Notes under the pieces: generated by a model | The model's database searches: none | What the model was told of the DNA's origin: nothing | What the model saw: only the letters and a program-made list of their open reading frames with translations | From: Pirellulales bacterium | GTDB taxonomy: Bacteria; Planctomycetota; Planctomycetia; Pirellulales; JAEUIK01 | Direction: 5' to 3' | Assembly: GCA_050184475.1 (NCBI GenBank) | Contig: JBFXAH010000022.1 | Span: forward strand, 44,517-108,516 | DNA: 64,000 nucleotides | Shown: positions 38,716 through 49,372 of the stretch, piece by piece | How the letters are laid out: the number at the start of each line of letters is the position of its first letter | Position numbering within the stretch: the first letter of the stretch is position 1 | Position numbers and translations under genes: made by a program

Positions 38716-40104
38716 ATGGTCGCGCAACTGCTGGGCGTTCTGTTTGCCTGGGGATTGCTCGCGCCGGAGGCCCGCGCCGCTGAACCCGCCACCGAAAAGC
38801 CCGCCGTCGAAAAGCCCAACTTCGTGATCATCATGGCCGACGACTTGGGCTATGGCGATCTCGCCTGTTATGGGCACCCGACGATCCGCACTCCCGAACT
38901 CGACCGCATGGCCGCCGAAGGGATGCGGCTTACGCAGTTCTACTGTGGCGCGCCGGTTTGCACGCCGAGTCGCGCGGCGCTCGTGACCGGCCGCTACCCC
39001 ATGCGCAGCGGGCTCTGCGGTCAGCGGCGGGTGTTGTTTCCCGATTCGACCGGCGGCCTGCCCGACGACGAAGTGACGTTGGCCGAGGCGCTCGCCCCGG
39101 TCGGCTATCGCTCGGTCTGCATCGGCAAATGGCACCTGGGGCACTTGCCCCAGTATCTTCCGCCGAATCACGGCTTCGCTCATTACTTCGGCATTCCCTA
39201 TTCGAACGACATGGGGGGCGAGAGCACCGGCGGCAAGCTGCGCGGCTGGCCCAAAACGCCGCTGATCCGCGACCTGGCGGTGATCGAAGAAGAACCCGAC
39301 CAGGCGCTGCTCACGCGTCGCTACACCGAAGAGGCGGTCGCGTTTCTGCGCGACGCCGCGGGGGGCCAGCAGCCGTTTCTGCTCTACCTGCCGCACACCA
39401 TGCCGCATGTGCCGATCTTTGCCAGCGACAAGTTCGCCGGCCAAAGCCCGCGCGGCCTGTATGGCGACGTTATCGCCGAGCTCGATTGGAGCACGGGCGA
39501 GATCATCCGCACCCTGCGCGAAACCGGCCTGGCCGATCGCACGCTGGTCGTCTTCACCAGCGATAACGGCCCCTGGCTCGTGCAACGGCTGCGCGGCGGT
39601 TCGGCCGGCCTGCTGCGCGGCGGTAAGGGGAGCACCTGGGAAGGGGGGATGCGCGTGCCGTGCGTTGCCTGGTGGCCTGGCCACGTGCCCTCTGGCCGCG
39701 TCAATCCGGCGATTGCCTCGTCGATGGATTTGTTCAGCACCTGCGTCGCGCTGGCCGGTGCGACGCTGCCCGGCGATCGGACAATCGACGGGCTCGATAT
39801 TTCGCCCGTCTTGCTGCGCGACGAACCTGGGCCGCGGAAAACCCTCTTCTTCTATCGGGACACCGAAGTGACCGCCGTGCGGCACGGACCCTGGAAGGCG
39901 CATTTCAAGACCCAGGCGGGCTACGGTCAGCCGAAGCCAGAAGTGCACGACCCGCCGCTACTGTTCCACCTCGACCGCGATCCGTCGGAGAATCTCGACG
40001 TGGCCGCGCAGAACGCCGACGTGGTGGCCGAGCTGACGCGCCTGGCGTCGGAACATACGGCCAGCTTTGAGCCGGCCCCGTCGCAGTTGGATGAAGCGAA
40101 GTAG
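38716..40104 (+). CDS. Arylsulfatase A-family sulfatase
   Basis: Signal peptide MVAQLLGVLFAWGLLAPEARA, then NFVIIMADDLGYGDLACYGHP and the formylglycine motif CTPSRAALVTGR. Confidence 0.92.
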   Translation: MVAQLLGVLFAWGLLAPEARAAEPATEKPAVEKPNFVIIMADDLGYGDLACYGHPTIRTPELDRMAAEGMRLTQFYCGAPVCTPSRAALVTGRYPMRSGLCGQRRVLFPDSTGGLPDDEVTLAEALAPVGYRSVCIGKWHLGHLPQYLPPNHGFAHYFGIPYSNDMGGESTGGKLRGWPKTPLIRDLAVIEEEPDQALLTRRYTEEAVAFLRDAAGGQQPFLLYLPHTMPHVPIFASDKFAGQSPRGLYGDVIAELDWSTGEIIRTLRETGLADRTLVVFTSDNGPWLVQRLRGGSAGLLRGGKGSTWEGGMRVPCVAWWPGHVPSGRVNPAIASSMDLFSTCVALAGATLPGDRTIDGLDISPVLLRDEPGPRKTLFFYRDTEVTAVRHGPWKAHFKTQAGYGQPKPEVHDPPLLFHLDRDPSENLDVAAQNADVVAELTRLASEHTASFEPAPSQLDEAK

Positions 40105-40202
40105 CCGCGCCGCTGATTGTGCCCAACGGCGCCGCTCACAGCTAAGCCGTTCGATTGTCTTTGCCGCGATCGATTCGCGATACGACCTTAAGCCTGGACG
40201 CG

Positions 40203-41042
40203 ATGCTCAATAATCTCCCGGTCAAAACGCTGGTTCACAAGGGTCTGACGATCGAAGGCTACTCGCGCGCGGCCGTGCAGTCGTATTGGCGATTGCCCGA
40301 GCTGGGGGTCGGCTTCGACCTCGGCGCGCAACCCTGGGGCTTCATGGGAACCGAGCGGTGGTTCGTCTCGCACGCGCACTTGGACCATATCAGCAACCTG
40401 CCGGTCTACGTCGCGCGGCGGCGCATGATGAAGATGGAACCGCCGACCATCTACCTGCCGGAGCACGCCGTCGACGACGTGCAGCGGATCCTCAAGCTGT
40501 TCACGCGGCTCGATCGCGGACGGATGCCGTGCCAATTGGTCGGCATCAAGCCGGGGGACGAAGTCGAAATCTCGCGCGAGCACGTGGTGACCACCATCGC
40601 CACGCGGCACACCGTGCCGTCGATGGGCTTCATCGTTTGGGAGCGGCGCCGCAAGCTCAAGCCCGAATTCCAGGGGCTGGCCGGCGAGCAGATTCGCGAT
40701 CTGCGCCTGTCGGGCACGGAAGTGACGAGCGAATTTCGCAAACCGCTGGTGGCCTACATGGGCGATACCTCGCCCGAGGGGCTCGATCTCAATCCGGCAG
40801 TCTACGAGGCACAAATCCTGATCACCGAGCTGACGTTCGTGGCCCCCAGCCATCGCAAGGAGAAGATCCACAAGTTCGGCCACACGCACCTCGACGACTT
40901 CGTCGAGCGCCGCGACCGCTTTCAGAACGAGCTGGTCGTGGCCATGCACTTCAGCACGCGCTATCACCAGCGCGAAATCCGCCACTACGTCGAGCGGGCG
41001 TTGCCCGACATGCTCGGCGGCCGGCTGCACTTGTGGTTGTAA
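40203..41042 (+). CDS. MBL-fold metallo-hydrolase (RNase Z-like)
   Basis: [17 protein letters not shown] is the HxHxDH motif. ATG at 40203 is preferred over TTG at 40155. Confidence 0.8.
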   Translation: MLNNLPVKTLVHKGLTIEGYSRAAVQSYWRLPELGVGFDLGAQPWGFMGTERWFVSHAHLDHISNLPVYVARRRMMKMEPPTIYLPEHAVDDVQRILKLFTRLDRGRMPCQLVGIKPGDEVEISREHVVTTIATRHTVPSMGFIVWERRRKLKPEFQGLAGEQIRDLRLSGTEVTSEFRKPLVAYMGDTSPEGLDLNPAVYEAQILITELTFVAPSHRKEKIHKFGHTHLDDFVERRDRFQNELVVAMHFSTRYHQREIRHYVERALPDMLGGRLHLWL

Positions 41043-41140
41043 CGCGCGACAATCGGTCCGGTCCGCCATCGCGGCCGAGGCAACTGTCCACTTGGGAAGA
41101 CGCTGACGGATTGCCGCTCTCTCGATCGGGCCATCACAAG

Positions 41141-41494
41141 CTACGACCGCTCGGCCAACAGCCGCAATTCCATCCGCTTGATCTCGCGCATCACCGAGTT
41201 GCGCACCCAGACGAGATAGAACCAGAGCTTGAGGATGGCGACGGCGATCATCGACGTCAGGAACAACGTCGCGTAGCCGATCCACGACTGCACGTCGGCG
41301 GCCGCGAAAAATCGCACCGCCGCGAAAATCGCCAACCCCAGAAAGACGAAGGTAAAAACGAACGGAAACACCCGCAGGTACAGCGACAGCCCGCGGGTCA
41401 TGTCTCCCAGCACGCTGCCGAGGGTGTCGATCTCGGGGTCGTCGGCGTCGAGTTGCTTCAGCGCGGCGATGATTCTGTCTTCGTGCGAGGTCAT
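41141..41494 (-). CDS. Small membrane protein translationally coupled to the ECF sigma factor (putative anti-sigma/partner)
   Basis: ATGA start/stop overlap at 41491-41494. 117 aa with two TM helices. Confidence 0.55.
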   Translation of the reverse strand: MTSHEDRIIAALKQLDADDPEIDTLGSVLGDMTRGLSLYLRVFPFVFTFVFLGLAIFAAVRFFAAADVQSWIGYATLFLTSMIAVAILKLWFYLVWVRNSVMREIKRMELRLLAERS

Positions 41495-42063
41495 TGGTCC
41501 ACCTGGTGTAAGAAGGTTCGCAAGTGTTGTCTGGCGTGGAATAAACGGGATTTGACGGTGCCGGCCGCGATCCCCAGCGCCGCGGCGATTTGCTCGATGC
41601 CAAACCCTTCGACGTAACGCAACTCGAGGATCGCCTGCTGATCGGCGGGCAGGCGGCGCAAGGCCACGCGGACCGCGTCGGCGGTTTCGGCGCGGGCCAG
41701 CTCACCAGGCTCGCGGGCCGGTTCGCCGGGATCGCTTGCCTGCGCCTGTTTGAACTGTTGCTGTTCGACCTGGCGGCGGCGTTGCCGCTGCCGCACCCAG
41801 CGCGCGCTGCGGCGGGTGACGATGCGATAGGCCCAGGGGCCGAATCGCGCGGGATCGTCGAGTTGCCACAGGCCGCGGCAGATGTCGAGCCAGGCTTCTT
41901 GCATGACGTCGAGCGCGGCGTCTTCGGCCCCGGTCGAACGCCGCGCATGGCGCAGCAGGCGTTCGTGCCAGTGCCGCACCAAGAGACCGATCGCATCGCG
42001 TTGGCCGGCTTGAGCCCGCAGCACCAACAACTCCGTCAGAACCTGTTGGGCTGGCTGGCTCAT
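41491..42063 (-). CDS. ECF-type RNA polymerase sigma-70 family factor
   Basis: Region 2 LLRHARRSTGAEDAALDVMQEAWLDICRG and region 4 ILELRYVEGFGIEQIAAALGIAAGTVKSRLFHARQHL. Confidence 0.9.
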   Translation of the reverse strand: MSQPAQQVLTELLVLRAQAGQRDAIGLLVRHWHERLLRHARRSTGAEDAALDVMQEAWLDICRGLWQLDDPARFGPWAYRIVTRRSARWVRQRQRRRQVEQQQFKQAQASDPGEPAREPGELARAETADAVRVALRRLPADQQAILELRYVEGFGIEQIAAALGIAAGTVKSRLFHARQHLRTFLHQVDQ

Positions 42064-42250
42064 GGTCTCTATAGGTTAGGTGCCGCGCCGCGGCGGCGCG
42101 GTTCAACGATTTTGCAAGTGGTGGGTGGGGAAGCGGGTTGTGGAGCGTCGCAGCGCGACATGTGGACGCGAAGTTGCGGCACGGACCACCGCACAATCCC
42201 TCGCTGCGCTTTGGGCTGGTGCTTGCGGGCACGTGCGTGCGGCGCAGCGC

Positions 42251-43009
42251 TCACGGCAGCATCACCCGGCCGCCGCAGGCGACGACCGTTTGCCCGAGCA
42301 TGAAGCGCGACGCCTCGGACAACAGAAAGTGGACCACGTCGGCGATCTCGTCCGCCTGGCCGATCCGCTTCATCGGCGTCTGGTCGACGATGCGATCGAT
42401 CACCCCCTGGTCGACGTCGTCGATGATCTCGGTTTCGATCAAGCCGGGGGCAACCGCATTCATGCGAATGCCCAGGGGAACGAGCGCCTCGGACGCGCTC
42501 TTGGTGAAGGCGATCACGCCCGCCTTGCTCGCCGAGTAGGCGATGCCGTACGGACGCGAGCGCAGCGCGGAGATCGACGACATATTGACGATCCGCCCGA
42601 AGCGGCGCTCGGCCATTTGATCCTTGACGGCCCAGGTGACGATGTACAGCCCGGTGAGGTTGACGTCGATCGTCCGCCGCCAGTGGTCGAGGGTGGTCGT
42701 GTCGGGCGTGACGTACTCGAAGATGCCGGCGTTGTTCACGAGCATGTCGATCGGCCCGAGTTGTTCGTACACCTGGGCGACCAAGCGGGCGACCGCTTGT
42801 TCGTCGGCAACGTTAGCCTGCACGGCGATGGCGCGGCCACCGGCGGCCGTGATCTGCGCGACCGTTTCGCTGGCGTCGTCGGCACGCGAGTGATAGTTGA
42901 CGGCGACGCGGGCGCCGGCCCGGGCCAAGCGCAAACAGCAGGCACGACCGATGCCGCGCGACCCGCCGGTCACCAGCACGGTGCGATTCTCGAAGTCGGG
43001 TTCGGCCAT
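42251..43009 (-). CDS. Short-chain dehydrogenase/reductase (FabG-like 3-oxoacyl-ACP reductase)
   Basis: TGGSRGIG, NNAG and the YSASKAG catalytic motif. Confidence 0.9.
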   Translation of the reverse strand: MAEPDFENRTVLVTGGSRGIGRACCLRLARAGARVAVNYHSRADDASETVAQITAAGGRAIAVQANVADEQAVARLVAQVYEQLGPIDMLVNNAGIFEYVTPDTTTLDHWRRTIDVNLTGLYIVTWAVKDQMAERRFGRIVNMSSISALRSRPYGIAYSASKAGVIAFTKSASEALVPLGIRMNAVAPGLIETEIIDDVDQGVIDRIVDQTPMKRIGQADEIADVVHFLLSEASRFMLGQTVVACGGRVMLP

Positions 43010-43311
43010 GGCGCTCCTCGGCGGGTTGGTTGTTCGCTGGTGACAGGTCGCACGGTTCGTTGCCGGCGAAGCCTATTTCGTAAACTCAAATCGCCTCGCT
43101 CGACCCTCAGCAACGCGATTGTACCGGGCAGGCGAGCAGTGACAGAGGCAGTGATCGTCAAAGTCCCGCGCGTGCCGACACTGGCGCGGACAACGTTGCC
43201 ACGGCTCGGGTAGACTGTCCCGGCGCGATTCCACCGCTCGGCATCCGATTTGCTGAACATGGTGCGACGTGGCCGCCGCCTGCCGAGCGGCCCCATGGGA
43301 TCAATGGCGCG

Positions 43312-44511
43312 ATGCGCGGCGAACAGGAAAGCCGGCTAACCACGATGAACGACAAACTTGCCAGTGACGACGAGCAATCGCCCGCGGCCGGCACGGCGAC
43401 CGCACTCAAGCAATTGGTCAAACAACCGCTCACCTGGCTGCTCGTCGCGCTGCCGGTCACGGTCGTGCTCGAAGCAATGGGTTACGGCGGGCTGACGATC
43501 TTTCTGGCGTCGGCCGTGGCGATCATTCCGCTAGCCGGCCTGATGGGGCGGGCGACGGAGAACCTCGCTCACTCGCTCAACCCGAGCATCGGTGGGCTGC
43601 TGAATGCCACGTTCGGCAACGCGGCCGAATTGATCATCGCGCTATTCGCGCTGGCCCGCGGACCCGAGATGTACCCGATCGTCAAGGCGTCGATCACCGG
43701 CTCGATCATCGGCAACGTGCTGCTGGTGATGGGGGCCTCGATGGTGGCCGGCGGCTATTACTATCGCAAGCAGCAGTTCAATCGCACCGCGGCCAGCATG
43801 GGGGCGACGTTGTTGGCGCTGGCGGCCACGGGGCTGATCATGCCGGCGCTCTTCTATCATCTGCTGGAAGGGCGACCGGGATCGGCGGCCGAAGAAACGC
43901 GGCGGATCGAGTATTTGAGCGAAGAGATTGCCGCCGTGCTGGCGGTGATCTACCTGTTGAGCCTGATCTTCACGCTGGTCACGCATCGCGACTTGTTCAC
44001 CGGCGAATCGCCCGAACAGAGCGCGGCTCGCCGCGAGGCGGAGTGGAGCGTCGGCTTCAGCCTGGCGGCGCTGCTGGCCTCAACGGCCGGGCTGGCCTGG
44101 ATGAGTCACCTGCTGGTCGGCACGCTCGAGCAGGCCCGCGAAAGCCTGGGGATGAACGAGGTGTTCACCGGGGTGATCGTCGTGGCGGTGATTGGCAACG
44201 CGGCCGAGCATTCGAGCGCCATCCTGCTGGCGGCCAAGAATCCAATGGACGCCGCGGTGCAGATCGCAGTCGGCAGCGGCATTCAGGTGGCGCTACTCGT
44301 GGCGCCGGTGCTGGTCTTCGCCAGCATGATCATGGGGCACGAGCACCCGCTCGACTTGCACTTCAGCCTGATGGAGACGATCACCGTGGCGATCGCGGTG
44401 GCGGTGGTGTCGCTGGTTTGCCACGACGGCGAAACGCACTGGATGGAAGGGGTGCTGATGCTCGGCGTGTATGTGATCATCGCGCTGGCGTTTTACAATC
44501 TGCCGATGTGA
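43312..44511 (+). CDS. Ca2+/H+ antiporter (CAX/ChaA family)
   Basis: Duplicated alpha-repeat motifs GNAAELIIA and GNAAEHSSA with about 11 TM helices. The start is 43312 or 43345. Confidence 0.9.
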   Translation: MRGEQESRLTTMNDKLASDDEQSPAAGTATALKQLVKQPLTWLLVALPVTVVLEAMGYGGLTIFLASAVAIIPLAGLMGRATENLAHSLNPSIGGLLNATFGNAAELIIALFALARGPEMYPIVKASITGSIIGNVLLVMGASMVAGGYYYRKQQFNRTAASMGATLLALAATGLIMPALFYHLLEGRPGSAAEETRRIEYLSEEIAAVLAVIYLLSLIFTLVTHRDLFTGESPEQSAARREAEWSVGFSLAALLASTAGLAWMSHLLVGTLEQARESLGMNEVFTGVIVVAVIGNAAEHSSAILLAAKNPMDAAVQIAVGSGIQVALLVAPVLVFASMIMGHEHPLDLHFSLMETITVAIAVAVVSLVCHDGETHWMEGVLMLGVYVIIALAFYNLPM

Positions 44512-44562
44512 CGTGACAGACCGACTTGAACCCTCCGTACGGCATCGTGGACCTCGGCAACC

Positions 44563-45900
44563 ATGCACGAACTTCTGGCAGACGCGGCCGCCCGCGCAGG
44601 GCGCTACCTTGACCGCCTGGCGGATCGCCCGGTCTTTCCGGCGGCAGAGTCGCTCGCCGGGCTGGCGGCGCTCGACGAACCGCTGCCGGAACTCGCCTGC
44701 GACGCCGCCGCCACGCTCGAGTTGCTCGACCGAGTTGGATCGCCCGCCACGGTCGCTTCGGCCGGCGGGCGTTATTTCGGCTTCGTTATCGGCGGAACCT
44801 TGCCCGCCGCGCTGGCGGCACATGTGCTGGCGAGCGCTTGGGATCAAAACGCTGGACTGGCGGTTGCCTCGCCGGTCGCGACCCGGCTGCGGAGCGTGGT
44901 CTCGCGATGGCTCGTCGAACTGTTCGGCTTGCCGCGAGAAACCGAAGCCATGTTCGTCGGCGGGGCCACCGAGGCCAATCTCGCCGGGCTCGTCGCCGCG
45001 CGCGATCGCGTGCTCGCCAATGCCGACTGGAACGCCACCGACGACGGGCTATGCGGTGCGCCGCCGATCACCGTCGTCGTCAGCGAGGCTGCCCACTCGA
45101 CGGTTGGCAAGTCGCTGGCCATCGCCGGGCTGGGTCGCAACCGCTGCGTAACGGTGCCGGCCGACGCGCAGGGTCGCATGCGGGCCGAGGAGCTCCCCGA
45201 CTGCACGGGGCCGACGATCGTCGTCGCCCAGGCGGGCAACGTCAATTCGGGCGCGTTCGATCCCTTGAAGCAAATCGTCGATTGGGCCCGCCAGCGCGAC
45301 GCCTGGGTGCATGTCGATGGTGCGTTTGGATTGTGGGCGGCCGCCTCGCCCGCGCGTCGACATCTCACCGAGGGGATCGACGGTGCCGATTCGTGGGCGA
45401 CCGACGGCCACAAGTGGCTCAACGTGCCATACGACTCGGGCATGATCCTGATGCGCGATCCAAGCTACCTGCTGCCTTCGATGTCGGCGGCCACGGCGTA
45501 CTTTCCGGCCGGTACGCTCGAATCGGCCCACCATACGCCGCAGTCGTCGCAGCGAGCGCGCGCGGTCGATGCCTGGGCGGCGATCCGTTCGCTGGGGCGC
45601 GCGGGAGTCGCCGAACTTGTCGAGCGCTGTTGCCAGCATGCGACGAGATTCGCCCGCGGCTTGCAAGACGCCGGTCACGAAGTGCTCAACGACGTGGTGC
45701 TCAACCAGGTGCTGGTTCGCTTCGGCGACGACCGGCGCACCGACGAAGTGATGGGCCGACTGCAACGGTCGGGCGAATGCTGGTGCGGGTCGACAACCTG
45801 GCAGGGGCGCCTGGCGATGCGGATCAGTGTGTCGAGTTGGGCGACCACGACCGACGATGTCGAGCGCAGCTTGCGCGCGATGCTGGCGGCGGCCAGGTAG
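44563..45900 (+). CDS. PLP-dependent group II decarboxylase family protein
   Basis: GGTEANLAGL-like GATEANLAGL, with PLP-lysine context SWATDGHKWLNVPYDSG. Confidence 0.85.
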   Translation: MHELLADAAARAGRYLDRLADRPVFPAAESLAGLAALDEPLPELACDAAATLELLDRVGSPATVASAGGRYFGFVIGGTLPAALAAHVLASAWDQNAGLAVASPVATRLRSVVSRWLVELFGLPRETEAMFVGGATEANLAGLVAARDRVLANADWNATDDGLCGAPPITVVVSEAAHSTVGKSLAIAGLGRNRCVTVPADAQGRMRAEELPDCTGPTIVVAQAGNVNSGAFDPLKQIVDWARQRDAWVHVDGAFGLWAAASPARRHLTEGIDGADSWATDGHKWLNVPYDSGMILMRDPSYLLPSMSAATAYFPAGTLESAHHTPQSSQRARAVDAWAAIRSLGRAGVAELVERCCQHATRFARGLQDAGHEVLNDVVLNQVLVRFGDDRRTDEVMGRLQRSGECWCGSTTWQGRLAMRISVSSWATTTDDVERSLRAMLAAAR

Positions 45901-45954
45901 GTTGCCGAATCAACGACGGCAACTATTTCGTTCGCGAAGTTCTTCCGCGCGAGC

Positions 45955-47067
45955 TTACGGCAGCTCGATCGTCCGTAGGTCGAGCCCACCATTGGCCGAG
46001 CGCGCCAGGATGATCGCGTGCTCGTTGTCGCGCTGGGCGAGTTGCTCGACCCCCTGCAGCTCGGCGACCGTCTCGAACGGCTGGCCGGCGGTGCCGCCGC
46101 CGCGGACCGGTTCGGTCAGCCCGGGGTTGTCCTGGACATCGGTCAGGCTGATCTTCATCACGCCGCGGGCCGAGTTGGCCATCAGGATGTACGACTGGCC
46201 CGCCTTTTTATAGACGATCATGTCGAGGGGCCGATTGCGATTGCCCAGCTCAGCAACCGTGGTGCCGCGCACTTTGGCGCCGGGCTCGAGAGCCTTGATC
46301 GGAAAGCGAACCAGCGGCGTGCAGGTGAAACCGGCCAGCAAGACCGGCTCGTCGTCGATCACCAGCGGCACGAAGGTCCGCACCACGGCGTGATCCTCAA
46401 CGCGGCCGTGCGCGGCGTGGAAGATTTCGATGTTGGTCGCCGTGGCACCTTCGCCGAACGGGAAGGCAAATTCGCGGACGGTCGACGGCGAGGCCCCCTT
46501 GGCCAGGCCGGCCACGAGCAGCTTGCCTTCGCGATAAGCCAGATCGGTGATGGCGTCGTCGCGCGGATCGCCGCGGCGCCCCACCTCGCTATCGGGGGCG
46601 TCGGCCAACTTGGCTTGCTGATGCGGAATGTTGTCGAGCGCCAACTTGCCGAGCGTGCCGTCGCTGGCGACGCTCACGATCGCCGGCTTGGCCGGCGCGC
46701 CGGCGGCGACCGAGAGATAAACCTGACCGCTCTCGGGGCTGACCGCCAGGTCGTTGACCTTGACGTCGGCTTCGGCGACGCCGAGCAACTCGGCCAGCTT
46801 CGCCGAGATGCCGGCAATGTTGAGATCGGCCGCCGAGGCTGAGCTGCGGGCCGCATCGGTTTGCACGGCATAGACCGTGGCCCCCGCGCTATCGCCGATG
46901 AACAAGATGCCGTCGGGCCCGAAGACGAGTGCCCCGGCCGATTGCAGTTCGACCTTGCCGGGCTTCAGCCCCCAGTCGGCGGCTCCGGCTGGCAGCGCGA
47001 GCCAACCGCAGGCCGAGACGAACAGCAACGCGATGGCGAGCGAGCGGACGAGTTTCGAGCAACGCAT
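45955..47067 (-). CDS. Secreted hypothetical protein (beta-rich)
   Basis: Signal peptide MRCSKLVRSLAIALLFVSACGWLALPAGA. 370 aa, no family recognised. Confidence 0.6.
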   Translation of the reverse strand: MRCSKLVRSLAIALLFVSACGWLALPAGAADWGLKPGKVELQSAGALVFGPDGILFIGDSAGATVYAVQTDAARSSASAADLNIAGISAKLAELLGVAEADVKVNDLAVSPESGQVYLSVAAGAPAKPAIVSVASDGTLGKLALDNIPHQQAKLADAPDSEVGRRGDPRDDAITDLAYREGKLLVAGLAKGASPSTVREFAFPFGEGATATNIEIFHAAHGRVEDHAVVRTFVPLVIDDEPVLLAGFTCTPLVRFPIKALEPGAKVRGTTVAELGNRNRPLDMIVYKKAGQSYILMANSARGVMKISLTDVQDNPGLTEPVRGGGTAGQPFETVAELQGVEQLAQRDNEHAIILARSANGGLDLRTIELP

Positions 47068-47233
47068 GGCAGGCTCCCTTCTGGTGGGACGAGGCCAGGA
47101 CGATCGATTGACGGTGGGCCGACGACTCGATTATTGGAAAGGATCAGCCGGCCGCGGGCAAGCGGTCGGCAAGGCTTTGGCAGCGACCACCATTAGGTGG
47201 GGTGCACTTCGAGCCGCAATCTTTAAGAAGTTA

Positions 47234-47770
47234 TCACTCGCCACTGTTAGCTTCTGAGTCGGACTGGGCTGTTGTTCTAGGTCGCATCTCCCGGCCCGTT
47301 GGGTCCAGGCTGAGCAGCACCTCGTGCAATCCCTGAATGATGGCAACCGGCTTCCCATCGTCGTCCACCTGATGCAGGGTCCAGTTGGCGACTGGTGTGT
47401 CCACTACCAGGGCGCCGTCCAATAGCGAACACGCGTGAAAGAGCGTGCTGTACTGCATCGCACGCACCAGGTCCGCAATTGACTGTCGCGACACCTCTTT
47501 GGCCAGCATTTCCGCAAGCGCTGGACCAGATTGAGCGCATGGGTCTCCGGGGCGGGACTTCGCCCATTCGATTTCCCGGTCGATCCACTTGGTATCATTC
47601 TCGGACTCCACGCCTTCCCACAGAGCCTTGGCAAATGAGAAGATGGCGAGTTGCGGAATCCCCTCTTCCAATTGTGATCGAGCCCATGCTTCTGGATCGA
47701 GCGCTCCGTGCTGACGAAAAACCTCGGTCAGCAATCGAAGCTGCTCTGGGTCTGCGCGACGAGTGGACAT
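47234..47770 (-). CDS. Hypothetical protein in a lower-GC patch
   Basis: ATG at 47770 (MSTRRADPEQLRLL...), 178 aa. Codon usage is richer in A/T-ending codons than the neighbours. No family recognised. Confidence 0.5.
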   Translation of the reverse strand: MSTRRADPEQLRLLTEVFRQHGALDPEAWARSQLEEGIPQLAIFSFAKALWEGVESENDTKWIDREIEWAKSRPGDPCAQSGPALAEMLAKEVSRQSIADLVRAMQYSTLFHACSLLDGALVVDTPVANWTLHQVDDDGKPVAIIQGLHEVLLSLDPTGREMRPRTTAQSDSEANSGE

Positions 47771-47896
47771 AGTAAGCCCGCTGAGCTCATTCACCCTATC
47801 GCTACGGTGTCCCATCGCAGAGTCTGCATAGGTCGACGCACCAATTGGCGAGTAATCGCGAGACGGCAACCCTGACTGCATGCTCGCGAACAACCG

Positions 47897-49201
47897 TCAC
47901 ACTTCTCCGCTGTAGAGCACCTCGGGCTCCGCGTCGCCCGGCGTCAACAGCACCAATCCACCCGCCGCGTGCCGATTGACGTGCACCACGCAGTCGGGCG
48001 TGCCGGCCGCGTGCCGAGCCAGAATCGCCTCGAGCGCTTGCACGGCCGCCACGGTTTGCCGTTCGGCCGACAGGTCGTTGTATTTCAGGGCCCGGGCGGC
48101 GGCCAGGCGATCGTCGCGCTCGCCAGCCGGACCGCCGAACTCGACCGTGGCCACTTCGCGGACAAAACGCTCGAGCACTTCGACACCGTAGCCGCGCTGC
48201 GAGCGCTCGCCCCACGGCTCGACGAACGAGCCGTTGTAATGGTTGTTCATCGTCGACTTGAGCGTCGTGGGAGTGAGCCCTTCGATCGTGCACTCGACGC
48301 CGCGCTTGCGGCTGTGGCCGTTCCAGATGCCGTTGTCGAAGCGGAACTGCACCTCTTGCTCGACGTAGCCGGGGAAGTTGTCGGGCGTAACCCACGAGGT
48401 GTGGATGTCGAAGGCCGCTTCGCGGGCGTCGTCGTATTCGTAGACGAGCCGCAACTGCGTTGAGTCCCAGGTGGCGCCGTCGGCCGGACCGACCAGGCCA
48501 CGCTGCCCGGTGGCCGAAATCGATTTGAGCCGCCCGCCGAAGGTGAAGTCGATCAGCTTGATGTAATGCACGGCCACGTAAGTGCCGGGGTTGCGGCCGG
48601 CGATCCACTCGGCGAACTGGCTGCCCGAGATCTGCTTGGGTTCGAGCAGCGAGCAGTAGCCGTGGTTGACGTGCCGGAGCTGGTTGTCGGCGACCAGCGT
48701 GCGGAGCTTCTTGTGGTCGGGATCGAGCAGCTTGTGATAGACCACCTTGGCCAGCACGCGCTTGTCGCGGGCGACCGCTTCCAACTGGTCGAGCTCCGCC
48801 AAGGTGAGGACCGAAGGTTTTTCGACCAGCACGTGCTTGCCGGCCATCAAGGCGACGCGGGCGATGTCGAAGTGGCGATCGTCGGGCGTGGCGACGCAGA
48901 CGAAGTCGACCGCCCCCTCGGCCATCAAGCCGCCGGAGTGCGCGCCGACGTGGCTTTCGAATTCTTTGGTGGCGGCCGGTGCCGTGCGGCGATAGCTCTC
49001 GGCGCGGGTGCCGGTGCGCGAGGCCACGGCCGATAGCCGGGCGCGGCAAACGCCGAACGCGGGGTCATAGATCCCCTGCGCGCCGGCCTGCTCGAAGAAG
49101 GGCCGGTACGTTTCGTCGAAGATCATCCCCAGGCCGGCCATGCCGGCGCGCAGTTCGTGGACGGGCATTTTGCCGGCGGGCGAGGCGTGCGTGCTCATCA
49201 C
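47897..49201 (-). CDS. Gfo/Idh/MocA family oxidoreductase
   Basis: Rossmann N-terminus ...GMAGLGMIF...DFVCVATPDDRHFDIARVALMAGKHVLVEKP. Confidence 0.9.
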   Translation of the reverse strand: MMSTHASPAGKMPVHELRAGMAGLGMIFDETYRPFFEQAGAQGIYDPAFGVCRARLSAVASRTGTRAESYRRTAPAATKEFESHVGAHSGGLMAEGAVDFVCVATPDDRHFDIARVALMAGKHVLVEKPSVLTLAELDQLEAVARDKRVLAKVVYHKLLDPDHKKLRTLVADNQLRHVNHGYCSLLEPKQISGSQFAEWIAGRNPGTYVAVHYIKLIDFTFGGRLKSISATGQRGLVGPADGATWDSTQLRLVYEYDDAREAAFDIHTSWVTPDNFPGYVEQEVQFRFDNGIWNGHSRKRGVECTIEGLTPTTLKSTMNNHYNGSFVEPWGERSQRGYGVEVLERFVREVATVEFGGPAGERDDRLAAARALKYNDLSAERQTVAAVQALEAILARHAAGTPDCVVHVNRHAAGGLVLLTPGDAEPEVLYSGEV

Positions 49202-49372
49202 TTTATCGTAACGGGCCTGGCAGCCGGCTGGCTAGTTTTTGCCGCCACCGAGCGGTCGCCCGCGCTGGCGACAGCTCGACTGGCCACGGCAATCGGAACC
49301 ACCCGAGACACGGTATAGTAGGCTCTGCGTCTGCAAACCATCGTTAGATTTTCCTTTCCAGGTACTCCGCCC

